DNA of 64,000 nucleotides from Eledone cirrhosa (GCA_964016885.1 OZ024741.1:18414001-18478000), one strand, 5' to 3'. Positions 15,301 to 29,801 are shown, counted from the stretch's first letter. A program made the numbers and translations. The notes: generated by a model not told the origin, from the sequence alone.

Positions 15301-18300
15301 GGTAGAGCGTCAGACACCATGCTAGGGCGGGGGATTGGCAGTATCGGTAGAGCGTCAGACACCATGCTAGGACGGGGGATTGGCAGTATCGGTAGAGGGT
15401 CAGACACCATGCTAGGGCGGGGGATTGGCAGTATCGGTAGAGCGTCAGACACCATGCTAGGGCGGGGGATTGGCAGTATCGGTAGAGCGTCAGACACCAT
15501 GCTAGGGCGGGGGATTGGCAGTATCGGTAGAGCGTCAGACACCATGCTAGGGCGGGGGATTGGCAGTATCGGTAGAGGGTCAGACACCATGCTAGGGTGG
15601 GGGATTGGCAGTATCGGTAGAGCGTCAGACACCATGCTAGGGCGGGGGATTGGCAGTATCGGTAGAGCGTCAGACACCATGCTAGGACGGGGGATTGGCA
15701 GTATCGGTAGAGGGTCAGACACCATGCTAGGGCGGGGGATTGGCAGTATCGGTAGAGCGTCAGACACCATGCTAGGGCGGGGGATTGGCAGTATCGGTAG
15801 AGGGTCAGACACCATGCTAGGACGGGGGATTGGCAGTATCGGTAGAGGGTCAGACACCATGCTAGGGTGGGGGATTGGCAGTATCGGTAGAGCGTCAGAC
15901 ACCATGCTAGGGCGGGGGATTGGCAGTATCGGTAGAGGGTCAGACACCATGCTAGGACGGGGGATTGGCAGTATCGGTAGAGGGTCAGACACCATGCTAG
16001 GGCGGGGGATTGGCAGTATCGGTAGAGCGTCAGACACCATGCTAGGACGGGGGATTGGCAGTATCGGTAGAGGGTCAGACACCATGCTAGGACGGGGGAT
16101 TGGCAGTATCGGTAGAGGGTCGGACACCATGCTAGGGTGGGGGATTGGCAGTATCGGTAGAGCGTCAGACACCATGCTAGGACGGGGGATTGGCAGTATC
16201 GGTAGAGGGTCAGACACCATGCTAGGACGGGGGATTGGCAGTATCGGTAGAGCGTCAGACACCATGCTAGGGCGGGGGATTGGCAGTATCGGTGGAGCGT
16301 CAGACACCATGCTAGGACGGGGGATTGGCAGTATCGGTAGAGCGTCAGACACCATGCTAGGACGGGGGATTGGCAGTATCGGTAGAGGGTCGGACACCAT
16401 GCTAGGGTGGTGGATTGGCAGTGTAGGTAGAGGGTCGGACACCATACTAGGGTGGTGGATTGGCAGTGTAGGTAGAGGGTCGGACACCATACTAGGGTGG
16501 TGGATTGGCAGTGTAGGTAGAGGGTCGGACACCATACTAGGGTGGTGGTTTGGCAGTGTAGGTAGAGGGTCGGACACCATGCTAGGACGGGGGATTGGCA
16601 GTATCGGTAGAGGGTCAGACACCATGCTAGGGTGGTGGATTGGCAGTGTAGGTAGAGGGTCGGACACCATACTAGGGTGGTGGATTGGCAGTGTAGGTAG
16701 AGGGTCGGACACCATGCTAGGACGGGGGATTGGCAGTATCGGTAGAGGGTCGGACACCATGCTAGGGTGGTGGATTGGCAGTGTAGGTAGAGGGTCGGAC
16801 ACCATACTAGGGTGGTGGATTGGCAGTGTAGGTAGAGGGTCGGACACCATACTAGGGTGGTGGATTGGCAGTGTAGGTAGAGGGTCGGACACCATGCTAG
16901 GGCGGTGGATTGGCAGTATCGGTAGAGGGTCGGACACCATGCTAGGGTGGTGGATTGGCAGTATCGGTAGAGGGTCAGACACCATGCTAGGGTGGTGGAT
17001 GGGCAGTGTAGGTACAGGGTCGGACACCATGCTAGGGTGGTGGATTGGCAGTATCGGTAGAGGGTCGGACACCATGCTAGGGTGGTGGATTGGCAGTATC
17101 GGTAGAGGGTCGGACACCATGCTAGGGTGGTGGATTGGCAGTGTAGGTAGAGGGTCGGACACCATGCTAGGGTGGTGGATTGGCAGTATCGGTAGAGGGT
17201 CGGACACCATGCTATGACGGTGGATTGGCAGTATCGGTAGAGCGTCAGACACCATGCTAGGGTGGTGGATTGGCAGTATCGGTAGAGCGTCAGACACCAT
17301 GCTAGGGTGGGTGATTGGCAGTATCGGTAGAGCGTCAGACACCATGCTAGGGTGGGGGATTGGCAGTATCGGTAGAGCGTCAGACACCATGCTAGGGCGG
17401 GGGATTGGCAGTATCGCTAGAGCGTCAGACACCATGCTAGGGTGGGTGATTGGCAGTATCGGTAGAGCGTCAGACACCATGCTAGGGTGGGGGATTGGCA
17501 GTATCGGTAGAGCGTCAGACACCATGCTAGGGTGGGTGATTGGCAGTATCGGTAGAGCGTCAGACACCATGTTAGGGCGGGGGATTGGCAGTATCGCTAG
17601 AGCGTCAGACACCATGCTAGGGTGGGTGATTGGCAGTATCGGTAGAGCGTCAGACACCATGCTAGGGTGGGGGATTGGCAGTATCGGTAGAGCGTCAGAC
17701 ACCATGCTAGGGTGGGGGATTGGCAGTATCGGTAGAGCGTCAGACACCATGCTAGGGTGGGGGATTGGCAGTATCGGTAGAGCGTCAGACACCATGCTAG
17801 GACGGTGGATTGGCAGTATCGGTAGAGCGTCAGACACCATGCTAGGGCGGTGGATTGGCAGTATCGGTAGAGGGTCAGACACCATGCTAGGGTGGGGGAT
17901 TGGCAGTATCGGTAGAGGGTCGGACACCATGCCAGGGCGGTGGATTGGCAGTATCGGTAGAGGGTCGGACACCATGCTAGGGTGGTGGATTGGCAGTATC
18001 GGTAGAGGGTCGGACACCATGCTAGGGTGGTGGATTGGCAGTATCGGTAGAGGGTCGGACACCATGCTAGGGTGGTGGATTGGCAGTATCGGTAGAGCAT
18101 CAGACACCATGCTAGGGCGGTGGATTGGCAGTATCGGTAGAGGGTCGGACACCATGCCAGGGCGGTGGATTGGCAGTATCGGTAGAGGGTCGGACACCAT
18201 GCTAGGGTGGTGGATTGGCAGTATCGGTAGAGGGTCGGACGCCATGCTAGGGTGGTGGATTAGCATTATCGGTAGAGGGTCGGACGCCATGCTAGGGTGG

Positions 18301-21300
18301 TGGATTGGCAGTATTGGTAGAGGGTCGGACGCCATGCTAGGGTGGTGGATTGGCAGTATCGGTAGAGGGTCGGACGCCATGCTAGGGTGGTGGATTAGCA
18401 TTATCGGTAGTGGGTCGGACACCATGCTAGGGTGGTGGATTGGCAGTATCGGTAGAGCGTCAGACACCATGCTAGGACGGTGGATTGGCAGTATCGGTAG
18501 AGCGTCAGACGCCATGCTAGGGCGGTGGATTGGCAGTATCGGTGGAGCGTCAGACACCATGCTAGGACGGGGGATTGGCAGTATCGGTAGAGGGTCAGAC
18601 ACCATGCTAGGGTGGGGGATTGGCAGTATCGGTAGAGGGTCAGACACCATGCTAGGACGGGGGATTGGCAGTATCGGTGGAGGGTCTGACGCCATGCTAG
18701 GGTGGGGGATTGGCAGTATCGGTAGAGCGTCAGACACCATGCCAGGGCGGGGGATTGGCAGTATCGGTGGAGCGTCAGACACCATGCTAGGGTGGGGGAT
18801 TGGCAGTATCGGTAGAGGGTCAGACACCATGCTAGGGCGGGGGATTGGCAGTATCGGTAGAGGGTTAGACACCATGCTAGGGCGGGGGATTGGCAGTATC
18901 GGTAGAGAGTCAGACACCATGCTAGGGCGGGGGATTGGCAGTATCGGTAGAGCGTCAGACACCATGCTAGGACGGGGGATTGGCAGTATCGGTAGAGCGT
19001 CAGACACCATGCTAGGGCGGGGGATTGGCAGTATCGGTAGAGGGTTAGACACCATGCTAGGGCGGGGGATTGGCAGTATCGGTAGAGGGTTAGACACCAT
19101 GCTAGGGCGGGGGATTGGCAGTATCGGTAGAGAGTCAGACACCATGCTAGGGCGGGGGATTGGCAGTATCGGTAGAGCGTCAGACACCATGCTAGGACGG
19201 GGGATTGGCAGTATCGGTAGAGCGTCAGACACCATGCTAGGGCGGGGGATTGGCAGTATCGGTAGAGGGTTAGACACCATGCTAGGGCGGGGGATTGGCA
19301 GTATCGGTAGAGAGTCAGACACCATGCTAGGGCGGGGGATTGGCAGTATCGGTAGAGCGTCAGACACCATGCTAGGACGGGGGATTGGCAGTATCGGTAG
19401 AGCGTCAGACACCATGCTAGGGCGGGGGATTGGCAGTATCGGTAGAGGGTTAGACACCATGCTAGGGCGGGGGATTGGCAGTATCGGTAGAGAGTCAGAC
19501 ACCATGCTAGGGCGGGGGATTGGCAGTATCGGTAGAGCGTCAGACACCATGCTAGGACGGGGGATTGGCAGTATCGGTAGAGCGTCAGACACCATGCTAG
19601 GGCGGGGGATTGGCAGTATCGGTAGAGCGTCAGACACCATGCTAGGGCGGGGGATTGGCAGTATCGGTAGAGGGTCAGACACCATGCTAGGACGGAGGAT
19701 TGGCAGTATCGGTAGAGCGTCAGACACCATGCTAGGGCGGGGGATTGGCAGTATCGGTAGAGGGTCAGACACCATGCTAGGGCGGGGGATTGGCAGTGTA
19801 GGTAGAGGGTCAGACACCATGCTAGGGTGGGGGATTGGCAGTATCGGTAGAGGGTCAGACACCATGCTAGGGTGGGGGATTGGCAGTATCGGTAGAGGGT
19901 CAGACACCATGCTAGGGCGGGGGATTGGCAGTGTAGGTAGAGGGTCGGACACCATGCTAGGGCGGGGGATTGGCAGTATCGGTAGAGCGTCAGACACCAT
20001 GCTAGGGCGGGGGATTGGCAGTATCGGTAGAGAGTCAGACACCATGCTAGGACGGGGGATTGGCAGTATCGGTAGAGCGTCAGACACCATGCTATGACGG
20101 GGGATTGGCAGTATCGGTAGAGAGTCAGACACCATGCTAGGGCGGGGGGATTGGCAGTATCGGTAGAGAGTCAGACACCATGCTAGGGCGGGGGATTGGC
20201 AGTATCGGTAGAGCGTCAGACACCATGCTAGGGCGGGGGATTGGCAGTATCGGTAGAGAGTCAGACACCATGCTAGGACGGGGGATTGGCAGTATCGGTA
20301 GAGCGTCAGACACCATGCTATGACGGGGGATTGGCAGTATCGGTAGAGAGTCAGACACCATGCTAGGGCGGGGGATTGGCAGTATCGGTAGAGCGTCAGA
20401 CACCATGCTAGGACGGGGGATTGGCAGTATCGGTAGAGCGTCAGACACCATGCTAGGGCGGGGGATTGGCAGTATCGGTAGAGCGTCAGACACCATGCTA
20501 GGGCGGGGGATTGGCAGTATCGGTAGAGGGTTAGACACCATGCTAGGACGGAGGATTGGCAGTATCGGTAGAGGGTCAGACACCATGCTAGGACGGGGGA
20601 TTGGCAGTATCGGTAGAGGGTCAGACACCATGCTAGGGCGGGGGATTGGCAGTATCGGTAGAGGGTCAGACACCATGCTAGGACGGGGGATTGGCAGTAT
20701 CGGTAGAGGGTCAGACACCATGCTAGTGCGGGGGATTGGCAGTATCGGTAGAGGGTCAGACACCATGCTAGGGTGGGGGATTGGCAGTATCGGTAGAGCG
20801 TCAGACACCATGCTAGGACGGGGGATTGGCAGTATCGGTAGAGGGTCAGACACCATGCTAGGACGGGGGATTGGCAGTATCGGTAGAGCGTCAGACACCA
20901 TGCTAGGGCGGGGGATTGGCAGTATCGGTAGAGCGTCAGACACCATGCTAGGGCGGGGGATTGGCAGTATCGGTAGAGGGTCAGACACCATGCTAGGGTG
21001 GGGGATTGGCAGTATCGGTAGAGCGTCAGACACCATGCTAGGGCGGGGGATTGGCAGTATCGGTAGAGCGTCAGACACCATGCTAGGACGGGGGATTGGC
21101 AGTATCGGTAGAGCGTCAGACACCATGCTAGGACGGGGGATTGGCAGTATCGGTAGAGGGTCAGACACCATGCTAGGGCGGGGGATTGGCAGTATCGGTA
21201 GAGCGTCAGACACCATGCTAGGGCGGGGGATTGGCAGTATCGGTAGAGCGTCAGACACCATGCTAGGGCGGGGGATTGGCAGTATCGGTAGAGCGTCAGA

Positions 21301-24300
21301 CACCATGCTAGGGCGGGGGATTGGCAGTATCGGTAGAGGGTCAGACACCATGCTAGGGTGGGGGATTGGCAGTATCGGTAGAGCGTCAGACACCATGCTA
21401 GGGCGGGGGATTGGCAGTATCGGTAGAGCGTCAGACACCATGCTAGGGTGGGGGATTGGCAGTATCGGTAGAGCGTCAGACACCATGCTAGGACGGGGGA
21501 TTGGCAGTATCGGTAGAGCGTCAGACACCATGCTAGGACGGGGGATTGGCAGTATCGGTAGAGGGTCAGACACCATGCTAGGACGGGGGATTGGCAGTAT
21601 CGGTAGAGCGTCAGACACCATGCTAGGACGGGGGATTGGCAGTATCGGTAGAGGGTCAGACACCATGCTAGGGCGGGGGATTGGCAGTATCGGTAGAGCG
21701 TCAGACACCATGCTAGGGCGGGGGATTGGCAGTATCGGTAGAGCGTCAGACACCATGCTAGGGCGGGGGATTGGCAGTATCGGTAGAGCGTCAGACACCA
21801 TGCTAGGGCGGGGGATTGGCAGTATCGGTAGAGCGTCAGACACCATGCTAGGGCGGGGGATTGGCAGTATCGGTAGAGCGTCAGACACCATGCTAGGGCG
21901 GGGGATTGGCAGTATCGGTAGAGCGTCAGACACCATGCTAGGGCGGGGGATTGGCAGTATCGGTAGAGCGTCAGACACCATGCTAGGGCGGGGGATTGGC
22001 AGTATCGGTAGAGGGTCAGACACCATGCTAGGGTGGGGGATTGGCAGTATCGGTAGAGCGTCAGACACCATGCTAGGGCGGGGGATTGGCAGTATCGGTA
22101 GAGCGTCAGACACCATGCTAGGACGGGGGATTGGCAGTATCGGTAGAGCGTCAGACACCATGTTAGGGCGGGGGATTGGCAGTATCGGTAGAGCGTCAGA
22201 CACCATGCTAGGGCGGGGGATTGGCAGTATCGGTAGAGCGTCAGACACCATGCTAGGGCGGGGGATTGGCAGTATCGGTAGAGGGTCAGACACCATGCTA
22301 GGGTGGGGGATTGGCAGTATCGGTAGAGCGTCAGACACCATGCTAGGGCGGGGGATTGGCAGTATCGGTAGAGCGTCAGACACCATGCTAGGACGGGGGA
22401 TTGGCAGTATCGGTAGAGGGTCAGACACCATGCTAGGGCGGGGGATTGGCAGTATCGGTAGAGCGTCAGACACCATGCTAGGGCGGGGGATTGGCAGTAT
22501 CGGTAGAGCGTCAGACACCATGCTAGGGCGGGGGATTGGCAGTATCGGTAGAGCGTCAGACACCATGCTAGGGCGGGGGATTGGCAGTATCGGTAGAGGG
22601 TCAGACACCATGCTAGGGTGGGGGATTGGCAGTATCGGTAGAGGGTCAGACACCATGCTAGGGCGGGGGATTGGCAGTATCGGTAGAGCGTCAGACACCA
22701 TGCTAGGGCGGGGGATTGGCAGTATCGGTAGAGGGTCAGACACCATGCTAGGACGGGGGATTGGCAGTATCGGTAGAGGGTCAGACACCATGCTAGGGTG
22801 GGGGATTGGCAGTATCGGTAGAGCGTCAGACACCATGCTAGGGCGGGGGATTGGCAGTATCGGTAGAGCGTCAGACACCATGCTAGGGCGGGGGATTGGC
22901 AGTATCGGTAGAGCGTCAGACACCATGCTAGGACGGGGGATTGGCAGTATCGGTAGAGCGTCAGACACCATGCTAGGGCGGGGGATTGGCAGTATCGGTA
23001 GAGCGTCAGACACCATGCTAGGGCGGGGGATTGGCAGTATCGGTAGAGGGTCAGACACCATGCTAGGGTGGGGGATTGGCAGTATCGGTAGAGCGTCAGA
23101 CACCATGCTAGGGCGGGGGATTGGCAGTATCGGTAGAGCGTCAGACACCATGCTAGGACGGGGGATTGGCAGTATCGGTAGAGGGTCAGACACCATGCTA
23201 GGGCGGGGGATTGGCAGTATCGGTAGAGCGTCAGACACCATGCTAGGGCGGGGGATTGGCAGTATCGGTAGAGGGTCAGACACCATGCTAGGACGGGGGA
23301 TTGGCAGTATCGGTAGAGGGTCAGACACCATGCTAGGGTGGGGGATTGGCAGTATCGGTAGAGCGTCAGACACCATGCTAGGGCGGGGGATTGGCAGTAT
23401 CGGTAGAGGGTCAGACACCATGCTAGGACGGGGGATTGGCAGTATCGGTAGAGCGTCAGACACCATGCTAGGGCGGGGGATTGGCAGTATCGGTAGAGGG
23501 TCAGACACCATGCTAGGGTGGGGGATTGGCAGTATCGGTAGAGGGTCAGACACCATGCTAGGACGGGGGATTGGCAGTATCGGTAGAGCGTCAGACACCA
23601 TGCTAGGGCGGGGGATTGGCAGTATCGGTAGAGGGTCAGACACCATGCTAGGGTGGGGGATTGGCAGTATCGGTAGAGCGTCAGACACCATGCTAGGGCG
23701 GGGGATTGGCAGTATCGGTAGAGCGTCAGACACCATGCTAGGACGGGGGATTGGCAGTATCGGTAGAGGGTCAGACACCATGCTAGGGCGGGGGATTGGC
23801 AGTATCGGTAGAGCGTCAGACACCATGCTAGGGCGGGGGATTGGCAGTATCGGTAGAGGGTCAGACACCATGCTAGGACGGGGGATTGGCAGTATCGGTA
23901 GAGGGTCAGACACCATGCTAGGGTGGGGGATTGGCAGTATCGGTAGAGCGTCAGACACCATGCTAGGGCGGGGGATTGGCAGTATCGGTAGAGGGTCAGA
24001 CACCATGCTAGGACGGGGGATTTGCAGTATCGGTAGAGGGTCAGACACCATGCTAGGGCGGGGGATTGGCAGTATCGGTAGAGCGTCAGACACCATGCTA
24101 GGGCGGGGGATTGGCAGTATCGGTAGAGCGTCAGACACCATGCTAGGGCGGGGGATTGGCAGTATCGGTAGAGCGTCAGACACCATGCTAGGGCGGGGGA
24201 TTGGCAGTATCGGTAGAGGGTCAGACACCATGCTAGGACGGGGGATTGGCAGTATCGGTAGAGGGTCAGACACCATGCTAGGACGGGGGATTGGCAGTAT

Positions 24301-27300
24301 CGGTAGAGGGTCAGACACCATGCTAGGGTGGGGGATTGGCAGTATCGGTAGAGCGTCAGACACCATGCTAGGACGGGGGATTGGCAGTATCGGTAGAGGG
24401 TCAGACACCATGCTAGGGCGGGGGATTGGCAGTATCGGTAGAGCGTCAGACACCATGCTAGGGCGGGGGATTGGCAGTATCGGTAGAGCGTCAGACACCA
24501 TGCTAGGGCGGGGGATTGGCAGTATCGGTAGAGCGTCAGACACCATGCTAGGGCGGGGGATTGGCAGTATCGGTAGAGGGTCAGACACCATGCTAGGACG
24601 GGGGATTGGCAGTATCGGTAGAGGGTCAGACACCATGCTAGGACGGGGGATTGGCAGTATCGGTAGAGGGTCAGACACCATGCTAGGGTGGGGGATTGGC
24701 AGTATCGGTAGAGCGTCAGACACCATGCTAGGGCGGGGGATTGGCAGTATCGGTAGAGGGTCAGACACCATGCTAGGACGGGGGATTGGCAGTATCGGTA
24801 GAGGGTCAGACACCATGCTAGGGCGGGGGATTGGCAGTATCGGTAGAGCGTCAGACACCATGCTAGGACGGGGGATTGGCAGTATCGGTAGAGGGTCAGA
24901 CACCATGCTAGGACGGGGGATTGGCAGTATCGGTAGAGGGTCGGACACCATGCTAGGGTGGGGGATTGGCAGTATCGGTAGAGCGTCAGACACCATGCTA
25001 GGACGGGGGATTGGCAGTATCGGTAGAGGGTCAGACACCATGCTAGGACGGGGGATTGGCAGTATCGGTAGAGCGTCAGACACCATGCTAGGGCGGGGGA
25101 TTGGCAGTATCGGTGGAGCGTCAGACACCATGCTAGGACGGGGGATTGGCAGTATCGGTAGAGCGTCAGACACCATGCTAGGACGGGGGATTGGCAGTAT
25201 CGGTAGAGGGTCGGACACCATGCTAGGGTGGTGGATTGGCAGTGTAGGTAGAGGGTCGGACACCATACTAGGGTGGTGGATTGGCAGTGTAGGTAGAGGG
25301 TCGGACACCATACTAGGGTGGTGGATTGGCAGTGTAGGTAGAGGGTCGGACACCATACTAGGGTGGTGGTTTGGCAGTGTAGGTAGAGGGTCGGACACCA
25401 TGCTAGGACGGGGGATTGGCAGTATCGGTAGAGGGTCAGACACCATGCTAGGGTGGTGGATTGGCAGTGTAGGTAGAGGGTCGGACACCATACTAGGGTG
25501 GTGGATTGGCAGTGTAGGTAGAGGGTCGGACACCATGCTAGGACGGGGGATTGGCAGTATCGGTAGAGGGTCGGACACCATGCTAGGGTGGTGGATTGGC
25601 AGTGTAGGTAGAGGGTCGGACACCATACTAGGGTGGTGGATTGGCAGTGTAGGTAGAGGGTCGGACACCATACTAGGGTGGTGGATTGGCAGTGTAGGTA
25701 GAGGGTCGGACACCATGCTAGGGCGGTGGATTGGCAGTATCGGTAGAGGGTCGGACACCATGCTAGGGTGGTGGATTGGCAGTATCGGTAGAGGGTCAGA
25801 CACCATGCTAGGGTGGTGGATGGGCAGTGTAGGTACAGGGTCGGACACCATGCTAGGGTGGTGGATTGGCAGTATCGGTAGAGGGTCGGACACCATGCTA
25901 GGGTGGTGGATTGGCAGTATCGGTAGAGGGTCGGACACCATTCTAGGGCGGGGGATTGGCAGTATCGGTAGAGGGTCGGACACCATGCCAGGGCGGTGGA
26001 TTGGCAGTATCGGTAGAGGGTCGGACACCATGCTAGGGTGGTGGATTGGCAGTATCGGTAGAGCGTCAGACACCATGCTAGGACGGGGGATTGGCAGTAT
26101 CGGTAGAGCGTCAGACACCATGCTAGGGCGGGGGATTGGCAGTATCGGTAGAGCGTCAGACACCATGCTAGGGCGGGGGATTGGCAGTATCGGTAGAGCG
26201 TCAGACACCATGCTAGGGCGGGGGATTGGCAGTATCGGTAGAGCGTCAGACACCATGCTAGGGCGGGGGATTGGCAGTATCGGTAGAGCGTCAGACACCA
26301 TGCTAGGGTGGTGGATTGGCAGTATCGGTAGAGGGTCAGACACCATGCTAGGGTGGGGGATTGGCAGTATCGGTAGAGGGTCAGACACCATGCTAGGGTG
26401 GGGGATTGGCAGTATCGGTAGAGGGTCAGACACCATGCTAGGGTGGGGGATTGGCAGTATCGGTAGAGGGTCAGACACCATGCTAGGGTGGGGGATTGGC
26501 AGTATCGGTAGAGGGTCAGACACCATGCTAGGGTGGGGGATTGGCAGTATCGGTAGAGGGTCAGACACCATGCTAGGGTGGGGGATTGGCAGTATCGGTA
26601 GAGCGTCAGACACCATGCTAGGGTGGGGGATTGGCAGTATCGGTAGAGGGTCAGACACCATGCTAGGGTGGGGGATTGGCAGTATCGGTAGAGCGTCAGA
26701 CACCATGCTAGGGCGGTGGATTTGCAGTATCGGTAGAGGGTCGGACACCATGCCAGGGCGGTGGATTGGCAGTATCGGTAGAGGGTCGGACACCATGCTA
26801 GGGTGGTGGATTGGCAGTGTAGGTAGAGGGTCGGACACCATACTAGGGTGGTGGATTGGCAGTATCGGTAGAGCGTCAGACACCATGCTAGGGTGGGGGA
26901 TTGGCAGTATCGGTAGAGGGTCAGACACCATGCTAGGACGGGGGATTGGCAGTATCGGTAGAGGGTCGGACACCATGCTAGGGTGGTGGATTGGCAGTAT
27001 CGGTAGAGCGTCAGACACCATGCTAGGGCGGGGGATTGGCAGTATCGGTAGAGGGTCAGACACCATGCTAGGGTGGGGGATTGGCAGTATCGGTAGAGCG
27101 TCAGACACCATGCTAGGGTGGGGGATTGGCAGTATCGGTAGAGCGTCAGACACCATGCTAGGACGGGGGATTGGCAGTATCGGTAGAGCGTCAGACACCA
27201 TGCTAGGGTGGGGGATTGGCAGTATCGGTAGAGGGTCAGACACCATGCTAGGACGGGGGATTGGCAGTATCGGTAGAGCGTCAGACACCATGCTAGGGCG

Positions 27301-27980
27301 GGGGATTGGCAGTATCGGTAGAGCGTCAGACACCATGCTAGGACGGGGGATTGGCAGTATCGGTAGAGGGTCGGACGCCATGCTAGGGCGGTGGATTGGC
27401 AGTGTAGGTAGAGGGTCGGACACCATGTTAGGGTGGTGGATTGGCAGTATCGGTAGAGGGTCGGACACCATGCTAGGGTGGTGGATTGGCAGTATCCGTA
27501 GAGGGTCGGACACCATGTTAGGGTGGTGGATTGGCAGTATCGGTAGAGGGTCGGACACCATGTTAGGGTGGTGGATTGGCAGTATCGGTAGAGGGTCGGA
27601 CACCATGCTAGGGTGGTGGATTGGCAGTATCGGTAGCGGGTCGGACACCATGTTAGGGTGGTGGATTGGCAGTATCGATAGAGGGTCGGACACCATGCTA
27701 GGGCGGTGGATTGGCAGTATCGGTAGAGGGTCGGACACCATGCTAGGGTGGTGGATTGGCAGTATCGGTAGCGGGTCGGACACCATGTTAGGGTGGTGGA
27801 TTGGCAGTATCGATAGAGGGTCGGACACCATGCTAGGGCGGTGGATTGGCAGTCTCAGTATAGGGTCGGACACCATGCTTTGTAAGGGTGGTGGATTGGC
27901 AGTCTCTGTAGAGGGTCAGACACCATGCTAGGGCGGTGGATTGACAGTCTCAGTAGAGGGTCGGGCAACATGCTTTGTAA
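3351..27980 (+). repeat. 45-bp tandem satellite (~545 units) derived from a SINE 5' head
   Basis: Unit GGATTGGCAGTATCGGTAGAG(G/C)GTC(A/G)GACACCATGCTAGG(A/G)(C/T)GG(G/T) repeated contiguously. It matches the first ~45 nt of the SINE at 53145-53332 (-). Confidence 0.98.
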
Positions 27981-28175
27981 GGGCGGTGGATTGGCAGTGT
28001 CGGTAGAGGGTCGGACACCATGCTTTGCAGCAAAGAGTTACGGCCCTTTATGGTCTGAGTTCAAATCCCGCCGAGGTTAACTTTGCCTTTCATCTCTACG
28101 GGGTCAATAAAATAAAGTACCAGTAATGCACTGGAATAATTGCTGGCCTTGTGCCAAAAGTAGAAACAATTACTA
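27981..28175 (+). mobile_element. tRNA-derived SINE (complete body terminating the satellite)
   Basis: A-box-like TGGCAGTGTCGG, B-box GAGTTCAAATCC (~28057-28068), and 3' end ...ttgtgccaaaagtagaaacaatt shared with other copies in the window. Confidence 0.9.
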
Positions 28176-28430
28176 TTATGGCTTACAACACGGGTGACAG
28201 TTGGTCTTTGAGAAAACACCCTGACCAGGTTTGTACTTTGTAGAGGCAAACACTTTATTAAGTTATGGCCGGAGAAGGATCTTTTCCTATATGTATATAT
28301 CCTCTAAGGAACTGAAAGCTTATGTTTTCAGCTCCTTAGAAGACTAACACCACACTCTGGATCGGAACAAACAAGGTAAAATCTATTCCAACATTATGTT
28401 TTCCTGATTTTTATTCGGTTCAAGTTCTTC

Positions 28431-28487
28431 CTGCCTGATGAAGTCATAGCTGTTGAATAATGGCTATCACTGAAATATATATAGCAG
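28431..28487 (+). ncRNA. Type I hammerhead ribozyme
   Basis: ctgc-CTGATGA-agtcatagc...gctatcact-GAAA-tatata-TA-gcag, followed by AATAAA (28496). Confidence 0.8.
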
Positions 28488-28639
28488 TGAATATGAATAA
28501 ACGAAGTTAATTTAAACCTGTTGACTTACACGTCTTGTTTTTATATTACTCGGGAATAAACAGACCCACTTGCGGACTTTGTTGAGTGCTCTAACCTTCA
28601 TACTGAAATGTCGGTAAACAACCAACACATACTCAAATT

Positions 28640-28852
<213 letters not shown>

Positions 28853-29216
28853 CTGTGCTGCTCGGATGTGCATGCTGTGGTGTTCTGGTCGTGCATAGCA
28901 TTCACTGTGTTTTGCCACTACCTTGGAATGTACTTTCTCCTCCGCTATATATATATATATTGTATGCCCTTTGTGTTTGTGTAGCCTCTGCGCACCCTCT
29001 GCACCATACTATCGACGCCACCCCATCTATGGTTCAGCTAACCACCCGACTCCCGGGAATGAATATGACCGCAGCTAGTAAACAAGGACCCACACCCCAC
29101 CTTCCCGCACCAAAATAAGACTTATCGTCCCCTACTTTTGCTCTTTACTCTCTTTACTCTTTGTTCTTGAATGTTTGGTTGGTAGAGTCCATAACACCAA
29201 TCAAAGCCCTTTTATA

Positions 29217-29261
29217 GCTCTGACGAATCCTACGGTTACGTAAGGAAGAAACATTGTAAGC
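29217..29261 (+). ncRNA. Type I hammerhead ribozyme
   Basis: gct-CTGACGA-atcctacg gtta cgtaaggaa-GAAA-cattg-TA-agc, followed by AATAAA. Confidence 0.8.
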
Positions 29262-29404
29262 CAATAAAAATCTTTTGATGTTGTAGACGCTCTTGTGTTC
29301 TTTTTCATATATACGGCTCTGCTCCAAAGCATAGAGCTAATTATTATGTTGCCAATGCCTTAATGGGACACGGGTATACAATACCTAACTCCTATTAACC
29401 TAAG

Positions 29405-29483
<79 letters not shown>

Positions 29484-29711
29484 GAAACACACAGATAGAT
29501 GCGGACACACACATATAGATGAATGCATCCACATCCAACCGTGAGTTAAGGGTGCCAACCTCACCGATGTTGCTCAATGAATGACTGGGACAGACCAATC
29601 CGGTTGAACCAGACTGAACCAGTATCAGAGTTAAAATTACATTATGAAGAGAGAAGAAACATTTAGATATAATTAGTAATAAAATGTATCATACCTAAAC
29701 TGCTCCTAGAT

Positions 29712-29801
29712 TCCTCGACTACGTAGTTTCGTGGCATAAACAAAAACAATACATCATAAAGATATAGAGTCCCTGCGAGGTCTGCCGACTTATCAAGAGG
29801 A
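29712..29801 (-). ncRNA. Type I hammerhead ribozyme, U3-A8 core variant (copy 1)
   Basis: Minus strand: tcctc-TTGATAA-gtcggca...tgccac-GAAA-ctacgtag-TC-gagga. Confidence 0.7.

Noticed and set aside
3291-27931. Huge ORFs (up to 2864 aa) on both strands of the satellite
   Set aside because: 45 bp = 15 codons with a stop-free frame on each strand. They are interrupted by 1-bp G insertions and TGA variants, the monomer is a SINE head, and there are no unique domains.
3351-27980. CRISPR-like array
   Set aside because: No unique spacers, only SNP variants of one monomer; eukaryotic context; no cas genes.
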